Below are positions 12,102-24,034 of a stretch of DNA of 64,000 nucleotides, in pieces. The position numbers and the translations under genes are program-made. A model generated the notes under the pieces. The model did not search any database and was not told the origin of the DNA. It worked only from the letters and a program-made list of their open reading frames with translations. Source of the DNA: Octopus vulgaris (lineage: Eukaryota); NCBI GenBank assembly GCA_951406725.2, contig OX597820.1, forward strand, positions 56,730,001-56,794,000, given 5' to 3'. Position 1 is the first letter of the stretch; the number at the start of each line of letters is the position of its first letter.

Positions 12102-13403
12102 TTAGTATTCCTGGCCCAGGGTGTTTAAACTTGGTCTAAATTTTTTTATGAAATATAGTTCTTTATTTTGGCGTTGTGTGAAGGTTGCGTTGTCACTGAA
12201 TTTATAGAGCGGGTTAGTTGTAAATTTCGGATTTACATTTCCAGCACATCTATCTATGTGTCCGCTGACCGGTATTTTGCGGTAATCAGGGTTTCTAATT
12301 TGTGATTTATGCACCGCCATCCTGTTACGTAAGCTATTTTTTGTATGGCCTATATACTGCCTATTGCAGCCTGCGCATGTTATGACGTAAATTAAGTTTT
12401 CTGATGCGCAGGTGAAGTTTGTTCTAATGGTGAACTGGTGGCCTTGTTCCAGTATAAATTCTGATCCTTCTTTCAAGATGACACAGATTCCGCAGTTGGG
12501 CCTTCCACATTTTCTAACTGCTGGTTTTGTGGTTGATGTTGAGTGCAGTGTAGCTTGGGTTAAAATCCTTTTCAAGGATTTTGGTTGCCGTTTACTTTTA
12601 ATGATGGTGTGTGTTTCGAGGATCCGGTTCATCTTTGGGTCTCCCTTTAGTAGGGCTGTGCTTTGTAGTATGGTGTTGAAGGCCTCATTGTTGAGTGGGT
12701 TGTGTGTAGAGATGTAGGGAAGGGTTTTTAATTGTTCTTTCTTTTTTGGTTTTGTTTGTCTCAGGTCTTCTATACTTAATTTAAGTACCCGTTGGATTGC
12801 ACTGTCTATTAGGGGCTGTGGATAGTTTCTATTTGTGAGTGTGGTTCTAAGTTCCTGGAGACATGTGTGTCGGGTGTTTGTGTCTGATATTATGGTGCAA
12901 ATCCTTCTAGCTAAACAAAAAGGGACATTCATTCTAGTGTGTCGTGGGTGGCATGAATCAAAGGGTAGGTACTGTTTAGAGTCTGTCGGTTTATAGTAGA
13001 TATCTGTCTCTATTTTGTTGCCGGTTTTCTTAATGATGATGTCTAAAAATGGTAATTCTTTTTCGTTGTGGTCCATCGTGAATTGTATATTGTCATTTAT
13101 TCCATTTAATAGAATTTTAAATTCCTCAAGTTTCTCTATGCCTTTGTCCCAGATGATGAAACAGTCATCGAGGTATCTTTTCCAGTTGTTATGGATATAG
13201 GTGGCGAAGGTGTTTCCATATTTCTCGAGTGTCATCTGGTATAGTATTTTCTCGAGGTATCCCATCACTAGGTTGGCAAAAGATGGTGCAGTACGCGTGC
13301 CCATCGCTGTTCCCGATCTTTGCCTGTAGAAATCATTGTCAAAAATAAAATAATTGTTCTCTAAAATGAATCTAAGTCCTTCTATTATAAGGTCTTTGTT
13401 TAT
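12102..13403 (-). CDS. PLE reverse transcriptase C-terminal half, Cys-rich linker and GIY-YIG endonuclease (N-truncated, no internal stops)
   Basis: QRSGTAMGTRTAPSFANL (PLE GxxMG motif), RYLDD, LPFLD, YYKPT..YL...SCHP, CGRPNCGIC linker typical of Neptune PLEs, LIYVITCAGCNRQYIGHT..R...H (GIY-YIG) and C-terminal E...I....PSLN. The first 22 aa of the tracked ORF come from the adjacent mariner end and TA repeat. Confidence 0.95.
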   Translation of the reverse strand: MNKDLIIEGLRFILENNYFIFDNDFYRQRSGTAMGTRTAPSFANLVMGYLEKILYQMTLEKYGNTFATYIHNNWKRYLDDCFIIWDKGIEKLEEFKILLNGINDNIQFTMDHNEKELPFLDIIIKKTGNKIETDIYYKPTDSKQYLPFDSCHPRHTRMNVPFCLARRICTIISDTNTRHTCLQELRTTLTNRNYPQPLIDSAIQRVLKLSIEDLRQTKPKKKEQLKTLPYISTHNPLNNEAFNTILQSTALLKGDPKMNRILETHTIIKSKRQPKSLKRILTQATLHSTSTTKPAVRKCGRPNCGICVILKEGSEFILEQGHQFTIRTNFTCASENLIYVITCAGCNRQYIGHTKNSLRNRMAVHKSQIRNPDYRKIPVSGHIDRCAGNVNPKFTTNPLYKFSDNATFTQRQNKELYFIKKFRPSLNTLGQEY

Positions 13404-13406
13404 ATA

Positions 13407-14665
13407 TTGGGTCAACCTATAAATAATGCGGTTTATATATATATATATATTTTTTATTATGATAAACAAAGACCTTTTTTAATCTAAAATATATTCTCCA
13501 TTTTCTACAATGCTCTTCCCTCTCTCTGGTAGACTTTCAAGGCCCCCTCTTCTAGAATTCACTTGTCCATGATGAAAATTACTTCTCCAGTACTGTTCTG
13601 ACCTCGTCTACAGAATTCATATTTTTCCGTCCAAACGATTTTGAAGGCTCCGGAATAAATGATAATCAGATAAGTCAATGTTCGGCGAATGTGATGAGTA
13701 AGGCATCATTTCCCATTCAAACTGCTCCAGTCTTTGGAATGTCATCCTCGTTGTATGTGGCCGAGCATTATCCTCAAGGAAGAATACCTTTTGTCTTGAA
13801 ACCAAAGGTGGTTGTTTTACTCCTAGCGCTGACTTAAGCCGCTTACGCTGCTCGCAGAAGATCTTTGTTATCGTTTGGTTTTGGTTTAAAAGTTCAAAGT
13901 GGACTAAAGCTTTCATATCCTACCAAACAGATAACAACACCTTACGTGATTGGAATACCAGTGTTTCTCCTTTACCTACCCACTGTCTTCGGCGCTTGAC
14001 ATTTTTATAGAGAACCCATTTCTCATCACCAGTCACTATTCAGTCCAAAATAGGTTCATTAGCGAGACGTAAGAGCAAAGAAGAGCACACATTCACTCTC
14101 TGCGCGAGATTATACTCGAAAAGTTTATGAGGAACACATTGACGCAATTTTCTGACTTTTTCGAAAGCACGCAGGTGTCGATGAATGGTTGAATGACCAA
14201 ATCCAAGCCTCTCTGCTAGTTACTCAAAAGTTACGATCGGATTTTGTTCCACCAGGGTTTGCAGGACATCCTCGTCGAGTTCTACAGATCTTCCAGGATG
14301 AGGCTCAACTTCTAGGCTGTAGTTTCCGGCTCGGAATTTCTGGAGCCACCGTTGACACTGGCTTATGCTTATTGTCTGATCTCCATATACTGCATTAATA
14401 TTCTCTGCACTTTCTGTTGCGTTGTTGCCTTTATTGAACTCATAAAGCAAAATATGCTGAATATGCTCCTTTGTCACGTCCATTACAGTTTTGAAAAAAT
14501 AACTGTTAAAATCGAACTGCACTCTTCAAAACTTGCGCTAACAATAAATACAAGGTATAATTACCACCTGCTTTATAGTAAGTTGATGCAGATAGTTAAT
14601 CCCATCCCTCTCTGACTGTTAATTCATGCAACTGAAAAAACCGCATTATTTATGGGATGATCCAA
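13407..14665 (-). mobile_element. Full-length decayed mariner (DD34D) transposon with 28-bp TIRs and TA flanks
   Basis: TIRs ttgggtcaacctataaataatgcggttt (13407-13434) and aaaccgcattatttatgggatgatccaa (14638-14665), each flanked by TA. Transposase pieces: HTH (EHIQHILLYEFNKG...CQRWLQKFRAG), CVPHKL, TGDEKW, DNARPH, DLSDYHLFRSLQ, with stops and frameshifts. Confidence 0.95.
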
Positions 14666-14671
14666 TATATG

Positions 14672-14711
<40 letters not shown>

Positions 14712-15649
14712 CCGTACAGCGCTACATGCAATGGTGGCAAAATAGGTTTTACCTTACGGAATTTCACGTGCAATGAGATATTCGTAACGCTGCAGATGCC
14801 TATTTAAGTAGTTACGTGTGTGTGTGTGTGCGTATGTGTGTGTCCGTGTGTTTGTGTGTGTAAGTATATGTATATTTGTTTGTCTGACTGTCTGTTTGTC
14901 GGTCGGTTTTCTCTGTCTGTCTGTCTATACATACATACATACATACATACATACATACATACATACATAATACTACATGCACGCATACATTACACGCGCA
15001 CGCATAAACGCACACATACACACGCACACTTACACACTCATACACTTACGCACACATAAATACGTACATTTATTGTGTGTGAGTGAGTGTGTATGTGTGT
15101 GTCTGTATTGTAATGTTAGTAGAAGGTGATGAAAGGAAGTTGATGTTATTAACAATGACATGTTCACAGAAGCATGTTTTGCAGCAACGATTGGAATTAT
15201 ATATGGGTGGCTGTTACATACTTTATTGCAACTATAGCTGGACCTTGTTGAGATCATTGACAAGAAAGAAGGGAAGAAAAGTCGTTTGCTTGATGAGTTT
15301 GTGCGCACATAGATGTGTGTGTGTGTATTTGTTTGTGAGTTGGTGCGTTGGCGTGTGTGTGCAAATAGGTTTCTGTTTTTGTAAGCAATCTTTGATTCTG
15401 AGACTGGTTTCGGTCAGTCGACTGCAATCATAATGAGGTGCTGAGCACTATTCCTTCAAAGGTATCTGTCAATCGCATCGACTGCTGATACATAGAGGCG
15501 TATATTTGTACGTTCGTACATATGTATTTATGTATGTATATGTACATGTATGCTTGGGTGTGTGTATATGTACGCATGTATGTATGCGTGTATGTATGAA
15601 TGTAAGTACGCGTGTGTCAGTATGTGTGCATATGTATATATGTATATCT

Positions 15650-15723
15650 CTCTATCTACCTACCTACCTACCTACCTACCTACCTACCTACCTACCTATC
15701 TACCTACCTACCTACCTACCTAC

Positions 15724-15780
<57 letters not shown>

Positions 15781-15815
15781 AATCTATCTGTATGTATGTA
15801 TGTATGTATGTATGT
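15650..15815. repeat. Compound tetranucleotide microsatellite (CTAC)n(CTAT)n(GTAT)n
   Basis: Directly visible in the sequence. Confidence 0.95.
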
Positions 15816-16276
15816 ACGTATGTGTATATCTCGCTCAGAGATTTAAGATAATATATATCTCTCTTTTACGAGACCAGCGACAGGGAGTCGCTAGAAAAGT
15901 ATATAATGAAAACAAATTCAAAACCCGATGTATATATTCATTCAATCCATATTAACGAAGTACTGCATGTTATACAAAGTGCATACATAGGTGCATTCAT
16001 CTATATGATATATAAAATTTTCTAAGAATTTATAAATACATACATATATACAAAAATTCATACACATATAAAAATTTACAAACGCATAAAAGTTCATAAA
16101 TGTAAATATATAAAAAATGTGTAAGTCTTGCGAAGTCCAAATGAAAAGGATGATGAAGCGGATGCAAACTGATCCGTAAGGAATCTGGAACATGTATAAA
16201 GTCTATGTATAAAGTCTTACGGCCGTTTCGTAAAGATATAGGTTGCAATGGGCGAGCTAACTCCAACTATAACAAT

Positions 16277-16674
16277 ATTCTATACTTCTCTCATCAGAGT
16301 TAATAGAATCTCAAGGTTAAAATTTTGAAAGAAATGGTGTGTTAAATAATTTAAAAATCGAATGGTCGATGGGACCACTCTCTTTGGGCATATGAAGTTA
16401 AAATGTATTACGACACAACGTTTAAATTCTTCAAGAATAATTAATCGGTAGGATTCTAGTTTAGCCTTGCTTCATATTATGGACTCTTCTAAAAGTTTAT
16501 ATTTTATATATAGCACCGTAAAATACCTTATATTATACATTGTACATTTTAACTTCATATGCCCGAAGAGAATGGTCTCATCAAACATTCGATTTTTAAA
16601 ATTATTTAACCCACCATTTTAAAAAAAATCTTAACCTTGTGATTCTGTTAACTCTGATGAGAGAAATATAGAAT
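16277..16674. mobile_element. MITE-like foldback element with ~130-bp imperfect TIRs
   Basis: attctatacttctctcatcagagttaa...gggcatatgaagttaaaatgta is mirrored by tacattttaacttcatatgccc...ttaactctgatgagagaaatatagaat. Confidence 0.8.
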
Positions 16675-17069
16675 GCTGGTCAAACACTTGTCTGAAAAAG
16701 CATTGTTACATATTACTCTCGTTGCTTCCATTTCTTGCCGATCAAGCTTCTACGTAGAAGTTTCCGAATGTCTTGGCCAGCGATAGTTCGTATCATACAC
16801 AACCAGTCGGGTTTTATGGGCATGAAACATTTTGGCACCGCATGTGTGACGTTGCTGATTTGACACCGACTTATTTAACATCAGGCGTTTGTCACCTCTT
16901 TCTCTTCTTGCTTGTGTGTGTCAGCATATTTCGTTTAATGAGTATGAGGAGAGGGAAATGTGTTTTCATTTGTGTTTAAATGATGAACTATAACGTCTCT
17001 CTCTCTCACTCCCCACCTCTCTCTATATGTGTGTGTGTACGCATGTGTGTGTTTGTGTGTGTGTGTGTG

Positions 17070-17281
17070 TGTGCTGAAAAGTTCCTGGCTTTAAGGATAT
17101 CGTGAAAGTCCTGTTTGAATGTCCAAACGTCCAAGTTCTTTTACGGGGCTTGGAAAAACTGAAGGACTGCTGCAATAAGTGTGTGAATCTGAGAGGGGAA
17201 TATGTTGGATAAAATCACAATTAACTGATTCTCACATATTTTCCTTTATCCCAAACCAAGAACTTTACAGCACCCCTTCGT
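17070..17281 (+). mobile_element. Mariner-derived MITE (~200 bp), copy 1
   Basis: Ends gtgctgaaaagttcctggcttt and ccaagaactttacagcacccc. The interior encodes a mariner C-terminus-like EKLKDCCNKCVNLRGEYVG*. Confidence 0.8.
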
Positions 17282-17341
17282 GTGCGCGTGTGTGCGTGTA
17301 TATATATATATATATATATACATACTTATACATACATACAT

Positions 17342-17448
<107 letters not shown>

Positions 17449-17452
17449 ATAT

Positions 17453-17658
17453 ACAAGGAGGTACTGAAAGGTTCCTGGCTTTCAGGGTATTGCGAAAGGC
17501 CTGGTTGGAGGTCCTACCTTCCAAATTCTTTTACAGGGCTTAGAAAAACCGAAGGACTGCTGCAATACGTGTGTGAATCTGTTAAATAAGACTATAGTTA
17601 ACTGATCCTCCTGCATTCTCTTTTATCTAAACCCAGGAAGTTTTCAGCGCCCCCATGT
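17453..17658 (+). mobile_element. Mariner-derived MITE, copy 2 (direct orientation, separated from copy 1 by TA/CA repeats)
   Basis: gtactgaaaggttcctggcttt...ccaggaagttttcagcgcccc, homologous to 17070-17281. Confidence 0.8.
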
Positions 17659-17835
17659 ATATTTCTGTGCGCGCACGCATGTTTGCCTCCATTGCTAAGC
17701 TGTACTGCTGCTAAAACAGGCTCAATATCCAGTCAGCCATACCAGCTCACCTTTACCCAAGCAGCCGCGCTCAGTTGCCTCATTCTGCGGTGATATGGCC
17801 GCTCTACTTTTTATTTTTACAATATACTCCCTCAT

Positions 17836-18420
17836 AAGGCGGCGAGCTGGCAGAAACGTTAGCACGCCGGCCGAAATGCTTAGAGGTATTTCGTCTGCCG
17901 TTACGTTCTAAGTTCAAATTCCGCCGAGGTCAACTTTGCCTTTCATTCTTTCGGGGTCGATTAAATAAGTATCAGTTACACACTGGGGTCGATATAATCG
18001 GATGAATCCGTTTGTCTGTCCTTGTTTGTCCCCTCTGTGTGCAGCCCCTTGTGGACAGTAAAGAAATAGGTATTTCGTCTGCCGTTACGGTCTGAGTTCA
18101 AATTCCGCCAAGGTCGACTTTGCCCTTCATCCTTTCAGGGTCATTAAATTAAATACCAGTTACGCATTGGGGTCAATATAATCAACTTAATCCGTTTGTC
18201 TGTCCTTGATCGTCCCCTCTGTGTTTAGCCCCTTGTGGGTAGTAAAGAAATAGGTATTTCGTCTGTCTTTACGGTCTGAGTTCAAATTTCGCCGAAGTCG
18301 ACTTTGCTTTCATCTTTTTGAGGTCGATAAACTAAGTACCAGTTGCGTACTGGGATCGATCTAATGGACTACCGCCCCCCCCAAAAAAAAATTTCGGGCC
18401 TTGTGCCTAGAGTAGAAAAG
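17836..18420 (+). mobile_element. SINE family A with three tandem 184-bp internal units and a 15-bp TSD
   Basis: ggtatttcgtctg recurs at 17885, 18069 and 18253. TSD aatatactccctcat (17821-17835) / aatatactccttcat (18421-18435). Confidence 0.92.
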
Positions 18421-19019
18421 AATATACTCCTTCATCAGCACTGCCAGCTACAAACCTAAGCTTTTCAAACATTCGTCTTTTTTATAGTACTCTTGTTACT
18501 TACAAAATGAGCAGTGCTACTGATTCAAGTTTTGTATGCAATTAACCGAACTGAACAATGCTAGTTATATTTTTGGGTCATGGTCACAGTACATAGTGAT
18601 TCAAGCTGAAAATCCGACTCTTTATTCACTCCAATAAATAGCTACAACACCTCTCAATGAAGTTAATTATTTGTTGTTAATTATAAATACGTGCCATTTG
18701 AGACTATGAATTTCTTCAATGAAAAAAAACAATTTAAAATAATGTAAGAACGACAATGATAGCAGCGCTGATACAGACGAAATGAAAGCCGAAACTGTGA
18801 TAGCGTTAATTGCTCTGATGGCTTAAATAACCACTTAACATACAGTATTACATAGTCTGGAGAGAGAGAGAGAGATAGAGACAAAAAAATGTAAAGGAGT
18901 GGTATGAGTATGTCTGTCATAGAGACGGGGAGAGAGGAAGAAGGGAGGAGAAAGCGAGTAAGTGAAAACAAAAGATGTGTTGGCGGGAATATTTGTATTC
19001 ACTATTACTATATATAGTT

Positions 19020-19260
19020 TTTGTTACTAGTTTCGTAATTAGACTGCGGTCATACTGGAGTACCGACTTTCATTTCTATTTTAGAGCCTGTCTATTTTGA
19101 TTTGACCTTAATAGTTATAATCTGGTTCTCACTTTTACCGAATACTTGAATTTATGGTAAACTCCGTTCCATCTTTTATGGCAGAACTACATCCCTGTAG
19201 ATGTATTAATACGACAAGAAATTGATATCAGTTGTCGACTGGATACACACGGGCAGACGC
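19020..19260 (-). mobile_element. Old, diverged SINE family B 3' fragment
   Basis: agactgcggtcatactggagtaccg is the reverse complement of the family B tail cggtgctccagcatggccgcagtc. Confidence 0.55.
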
Positions 19261-19390
19261 ATATACATAATACAGCATAACACACACATAAATACTCTTA
19301 CATACCTACATACATACCCCCATATATCTATATATATACACATGTACGTAGGTATATATATATACATATAAATACACGCACACATATTTG

Positions 19391-19433
<43 letters not shown>

Positions 19434-19461
19434 ATTTAGGAATGGTCATTTTGCCAGTTTA

Positions 19462-19550
<89 letters not shown>

Positions 19551-19623
19551 GTATATATATATATATGTGTATGTATATATATGTATATATATATATGTAT
19601 ATATATATGTATATATATATATG

Positions 19624-19678
<55 letters not shown>

Positions 19679-19699
19679 GTATATATATATATATATGTA

Positions 19700-19885
19700 T
19701 TAGAAAGGTTTAACTTAGAGGTTTGCCAGTATTGTATATATGGCGATATATTCGAGCAGAGAGTTATTGTTTGCGGAGACATATCCGGTGTGGATATATT
19801 TGTCCAAAGACTTCTTGAATTTTGTGTGGTCATATTTTTTGAGTGTAAATAGTGTAATGTGAAGAGCGGGTTTAGTAAATAGTTG

Positions 19886-19932
<47 letters not shown>

Positions 19933-20465
19933 GATATATATATAGATGTATATATATATATGTATATATAGATATATGCCCACAGTGCCTTGTGGGATGT
20001 GATATATATACAACATGTATATATTGCATAGTGAAAATATTGGACAGCTTCAGAAGGATATGATCAACCTGTCAAAGGCCTTGCTGAAATCAGGTAGATA
20101 TATATATATGTCATATGATGTATATATATCCATGCTGTGTCATATTATATATGAGTCATAGTATATATATATATGATAGTATATATATTTGTTCTTTGAA
20201 AACTGGGACAACAGACTGGGATAGAAGGTATATATCCAGCATCCAATATTCCGTATATATATATATACTGTGATTATATATATATGTATATATATATAAC
20301 AGAGCAATATTGTTTCTGCAATATTTCTCCATGGTTTGATATATATATCAGAGGGCCAACAGTAGTGATAAATGATATATATCTTCTCAATGGCAGCTTT
20401 GTCTTCGTGACTATTGATGATATATATGTTTTTAATCTCTAGGAGAATGGCAGTATATATATATT
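19700..20465 (-). pseudogene. Fragmented CR1/L2-group LINE RT interleaved with TA patches
   Basis: Minus-strand peptides KTMEK, DFSKAFDR, IPQGTV and a C-terminus [20 protein letters not shown], in correct order but broken by many short TATA inserts and deletions. Confidence 0.7.
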
Positions 20466-20559
20466 TCCTATGTATATATATAATGTATATGTATATATGT
20501 ATATGTATATATCATTATGTATATATGTATATATATATGTATATATGTATATATATATG

Positions 20560-20604
<45 letters not shown>

Positions 20605-20797
20605 GTATATGTATATATATATGTATATATGTATATATGTATATATATATGTATATATATGTATATATATATGTATATATGTATATATATATATGTATAT
20701 ATGTATATATATATATATATGTATATATGTATATATATATATATATGTATATATGTATATATATATGTATATATGTATATATATATATGTATATATG

Positions 20798-20848
<51 letters not shown>

Positions 20849-20940
20849 GTATATATATATAATAAATATTAGGGAATAAATCCAAATTTACAGGGAAAAA
20901 ATCAGATTTAGGATTAAATCCAATTTTATAGTAAAATATT

Positions 20941-21093
20941 ATAAAATATTATTAGAGACAAAACCACTATTTTGCAAAACAAACAAGGAAAGACTTAATC
21001 AATACATAAAATTTTATTAAAATTTTATGTATTGATTAAGTCTTTCCTTGTTTGTTTTGCAAAATAGTGGTTTTGTCTCTAATAATATTTTAT
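20941..21093. repeat. Perfect palindrome: 76-bp arms, 1-nt spacer
   Basis: ataaaatattattagagacaaaacc...cataaaatttta | t | taaaattttatg...ggttttgtctctaataatattttat, embedded in TA-rich arrays. Confidence 0.95.
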
Positions 21094-21094
21094 G

Positions 21095-21125
<31 letters not shown>

Positions 21126-21442
21126 GTATATATATGTATATATATATATATGCATATATATATATGTAAATGTATATATATGTATATATATATGTATATA
21201 TATATATGTATATGTATATATATATGTATATATATATATGTATATGTATATATATATGTATATATATATATGTGTATATATATATGTATATATATATGTG
21301 TATATATATATATGTGTATATATATATGTATATATATATGTATATATATATATGTATATATATATGTATATGTATATATATATGTATATATATATATATA
21401 TGTATATATGTATATATATATGTATATATGTATATATATATA

Positions 21443-22524
21443 TTTTGGGACCACTACTGTTCATAATGGCCCTCTCAGACATGCCCTCAGCCACGCGGAG
21501 AGCCACGATCACAAGTTATGCAGATGATACAAAAGTTTCACAGGCAATACAGAACCCTGAAGACACTAAGCACCTGCAATATGAGCTGGACGAAATATAC
21601 AAGTGGGCTGAAAAGAATAGCATGCAGTTCAATGCTGAAAAGTTTCAAGCTTTATACTATCAGCATGCAAAACTGAATGCAATACCCAAGGAATACACTG
21701 GACCCGGAGGGATTGCAATCCCAGAGGCACAATCAGTGCGTGACCTGGGTATTCACATGAGTGATGACGCGACCTTTCATGTACATGTTGCTAAACTGAC
21801 AATGAAATGCAGACGGCTGGCTGGATGGATTCTTAGAACCTTTAGAACAAGAGAACAAGAAACCATGATGGTCCTCTGGAAGACACTTGTCCTAAGCCAC
21901 TTTGACTATTGCTCTCAGCTATGGTCACCATCCAGTGTCAAGTTGATCACAGAACTTGAGGCGATCCAACGAAGCTACACGAAGAAGATAGCCTCTATGC
22001 AGAATGTAAGCTACTGGGAAAGACTCAAGAGATTAAAATTATATTCCCTGGAGCGTAGGCGGGAGAGATATGCCATAATATACATCTGGGAGATCCTGGA
22101 GGGAAGTGTCCTGAACTTTGGCATCGAGAGCTACGCAAATGCCAGAACTGGGCGCCACTGCGTGGTGCCTAGGACTCCAAACTTGCCATCAAGATGTAGG
22201 ACAAGATTCTGTGATAGCCTGGGCTTCCGAGGCCCACAGCTCTTCAATATCCTCCCGAAGAACCTGAGAGACCTGCATGGGGTGGATACAGATGTCTTTA
22301 AAATGGAGCTGGATCTCTTCCTGTCAGGTGTCCCAGATGAACCAACTTCACGGCAGGAGGGGCAGATGAGGGCAGCTGCATCGAACTCTCTCATGCACCA
22401 AATAGCAGTTGCTAGAAAGCCTCCATGAAGTGAAACCAAGTAGCAACACCAAACGGCGGTGCCCCAGCATGGCCACAGCTCATAAGCTGAAACTAGAATC
22501 AATCAATCAATCAATCAATCAATC
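21443..22524 (+). mobile_element. 5'-truncated CR1/L2-group LINE with an open RT C-terminal ORF (to 22428), short 3' UTR and (AATC)n tail
   Basis: LGPLLF..., [61 protein letters not shown], stop at 22428 and (aatc)n to 22524. Flanked on both sides by TA/TATATG arrays. Confidence 0.93.
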
Positions 22525-22873
22525 ATATATATGTATATATATATATGTATATATGTATATATATATATGTATATATATATATATGTATATGTATATATGT
22601 ATATATATATGTATATATATATATATGTATATGTATATATGTATATGTATATATGTATATGTATATATGTATATGTATATACGTATATATATATATATGT
22701 ATATATATATGTATATATATATATGTATATGTATATATATGTATATGTATATATATGTATATATATATATGTATATGTATATATATGTATATATATATAT
22801 GTATATATATAAATGTATATATATATATATGTATATATATATATGTATATATATATATGTATATATATATATG

Positions 22874-22944
<71 letters not shown>

Positions 22945-23256
22945 GTATATATATATATGTATATATATGTATATATATATATACATATATATATTTGCAT
23001 ATATGTCAGTGGCCGGTGGCAGGAGTCTAGGGATTTCAGCATATATGACGCCAGGATAGGGCCGCTACTGAACTTACAATACTGGAGCGACTTAATGTCG
23101 CTTGTTGATTGTATGATTTAAGTATGAACATATACTCTCACGAAACTATCTATATATAAAAATAAATATAGACGGATGCATATATGCATAGGTACCCAAT
23201 CCAATATAAACTGTAGATCCAGCCCAGGGATAGTTCTCAGTGTAGTGTATCTATGT

Positions 23257-23619
23257 GGAGGCGCAATGGTCCAGTGGTTAGAGCAGCGGACTCGCGGTTT
23301 CATTCCCAGACCGGGCGTTGTGAGTGTTTATTGAGTGAAAACACCTAAAGCTCCACGAGGCTCTGGCAGGGGTTGGTGGCGAACCTTGCTCTACTCTTTC
23401 ACTATAACTTTCTCTCACTATTTCTTCCTGTTTCTGTTGTACCTGTATTTCAAAGGACCAGCCTTGTCACACTCCGTGTCGCACTGAAACTCCCCGACAA
23501 CTACAAGGGTACACGTGTCTGTGGAGTGCTCAGCCACTTGCACGTTAATTTCACGAGTAGGCTGTTCCGTTGATCGGATCAACTGGAACCCTCGACGTCG
23601 TAACCGATGGAGTGCCACG
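23257..23619 (+). mobile_element. tRNA-derived SINE family C
   Basis: A-box-like tggtccagtggttagagc head, shared with 29430. Probable TSD agtgtatctat / agtgtatgtat. Confidence 0.85.
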
Positions 23620-23884
23620 AGTGTATGTATAAAAGAACACAAATAGGGTTTAAAATTCACAACAGGTGTTTCAGCAGTATTTTGTTGATGCCTTAATTAT
23701 ATCATTGGAAAAAATCCACCATGATCAGGTGAATTGCAAACAAAAAGGTAAGGTAGAATTACATGGAGAAGAAGCGAAAGGTTTGGCAGGTATAAAAGAA
23801 TTTATTGAGTCAGAGGGTAAAATACACGAGGGCAACAGTTCAAAACTACCTTATATTTAAAATTTCTATCTTGTGCTCTTCATG

Positions 23885-23922
<38 letters not shown>

Positions 23923-24034
23923 CATGCATTATATATTATATATATATATATATATGCATGTGTATACCTTCGTATGTATGTATATATATGTTTTATATAA
24001 AATACATATAAATATATAAATATAAAATATATAA

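Larger units (their letters stand above)
11028..13403 (-). mobile_element. 5'-truncated Penelope-like element (Neptune-type), with a ~1.07-kb 3' terminal region
   Basis: RT + GIY-YIG ORF followed by a non-coding 3' region holding a 93-bp tandem array and a degenerate HHR-like motif (ttgataa-ggttc..gaact-GAAA-catg-tta, ~11092-11130, -). The 3' end abuts (TA)n at ~11010-11027. Confidence 0.92.

Noticed and set aside
17836-18420. Regularly spaced repeats superficially resembling a CRISPR array
   Set aside because: These are whole 184-bp tandem SINE units without unique spacers, in eukaryotic DNA with no cas genes.
19459-23121. Many long ORFs rich in YI/IY/MY/VC (also at 7.7, 36.4, 45.2, 53.6, 58.2 and 63.6 kb)
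   Set aside because: They are translations of (TA)n, (TATG)n and (CA)n microsatellites, which lack stop codons. Only the embedded LINE segments are meaningful.
23257-23330. tRNA gene candidates at SINE heads (also 29191, 29430, 40525 and 59166)
   Set aside because: A/B boxes are present but there is no complete cloverleaf or acceptor stem, and each continues into repeat bodies.
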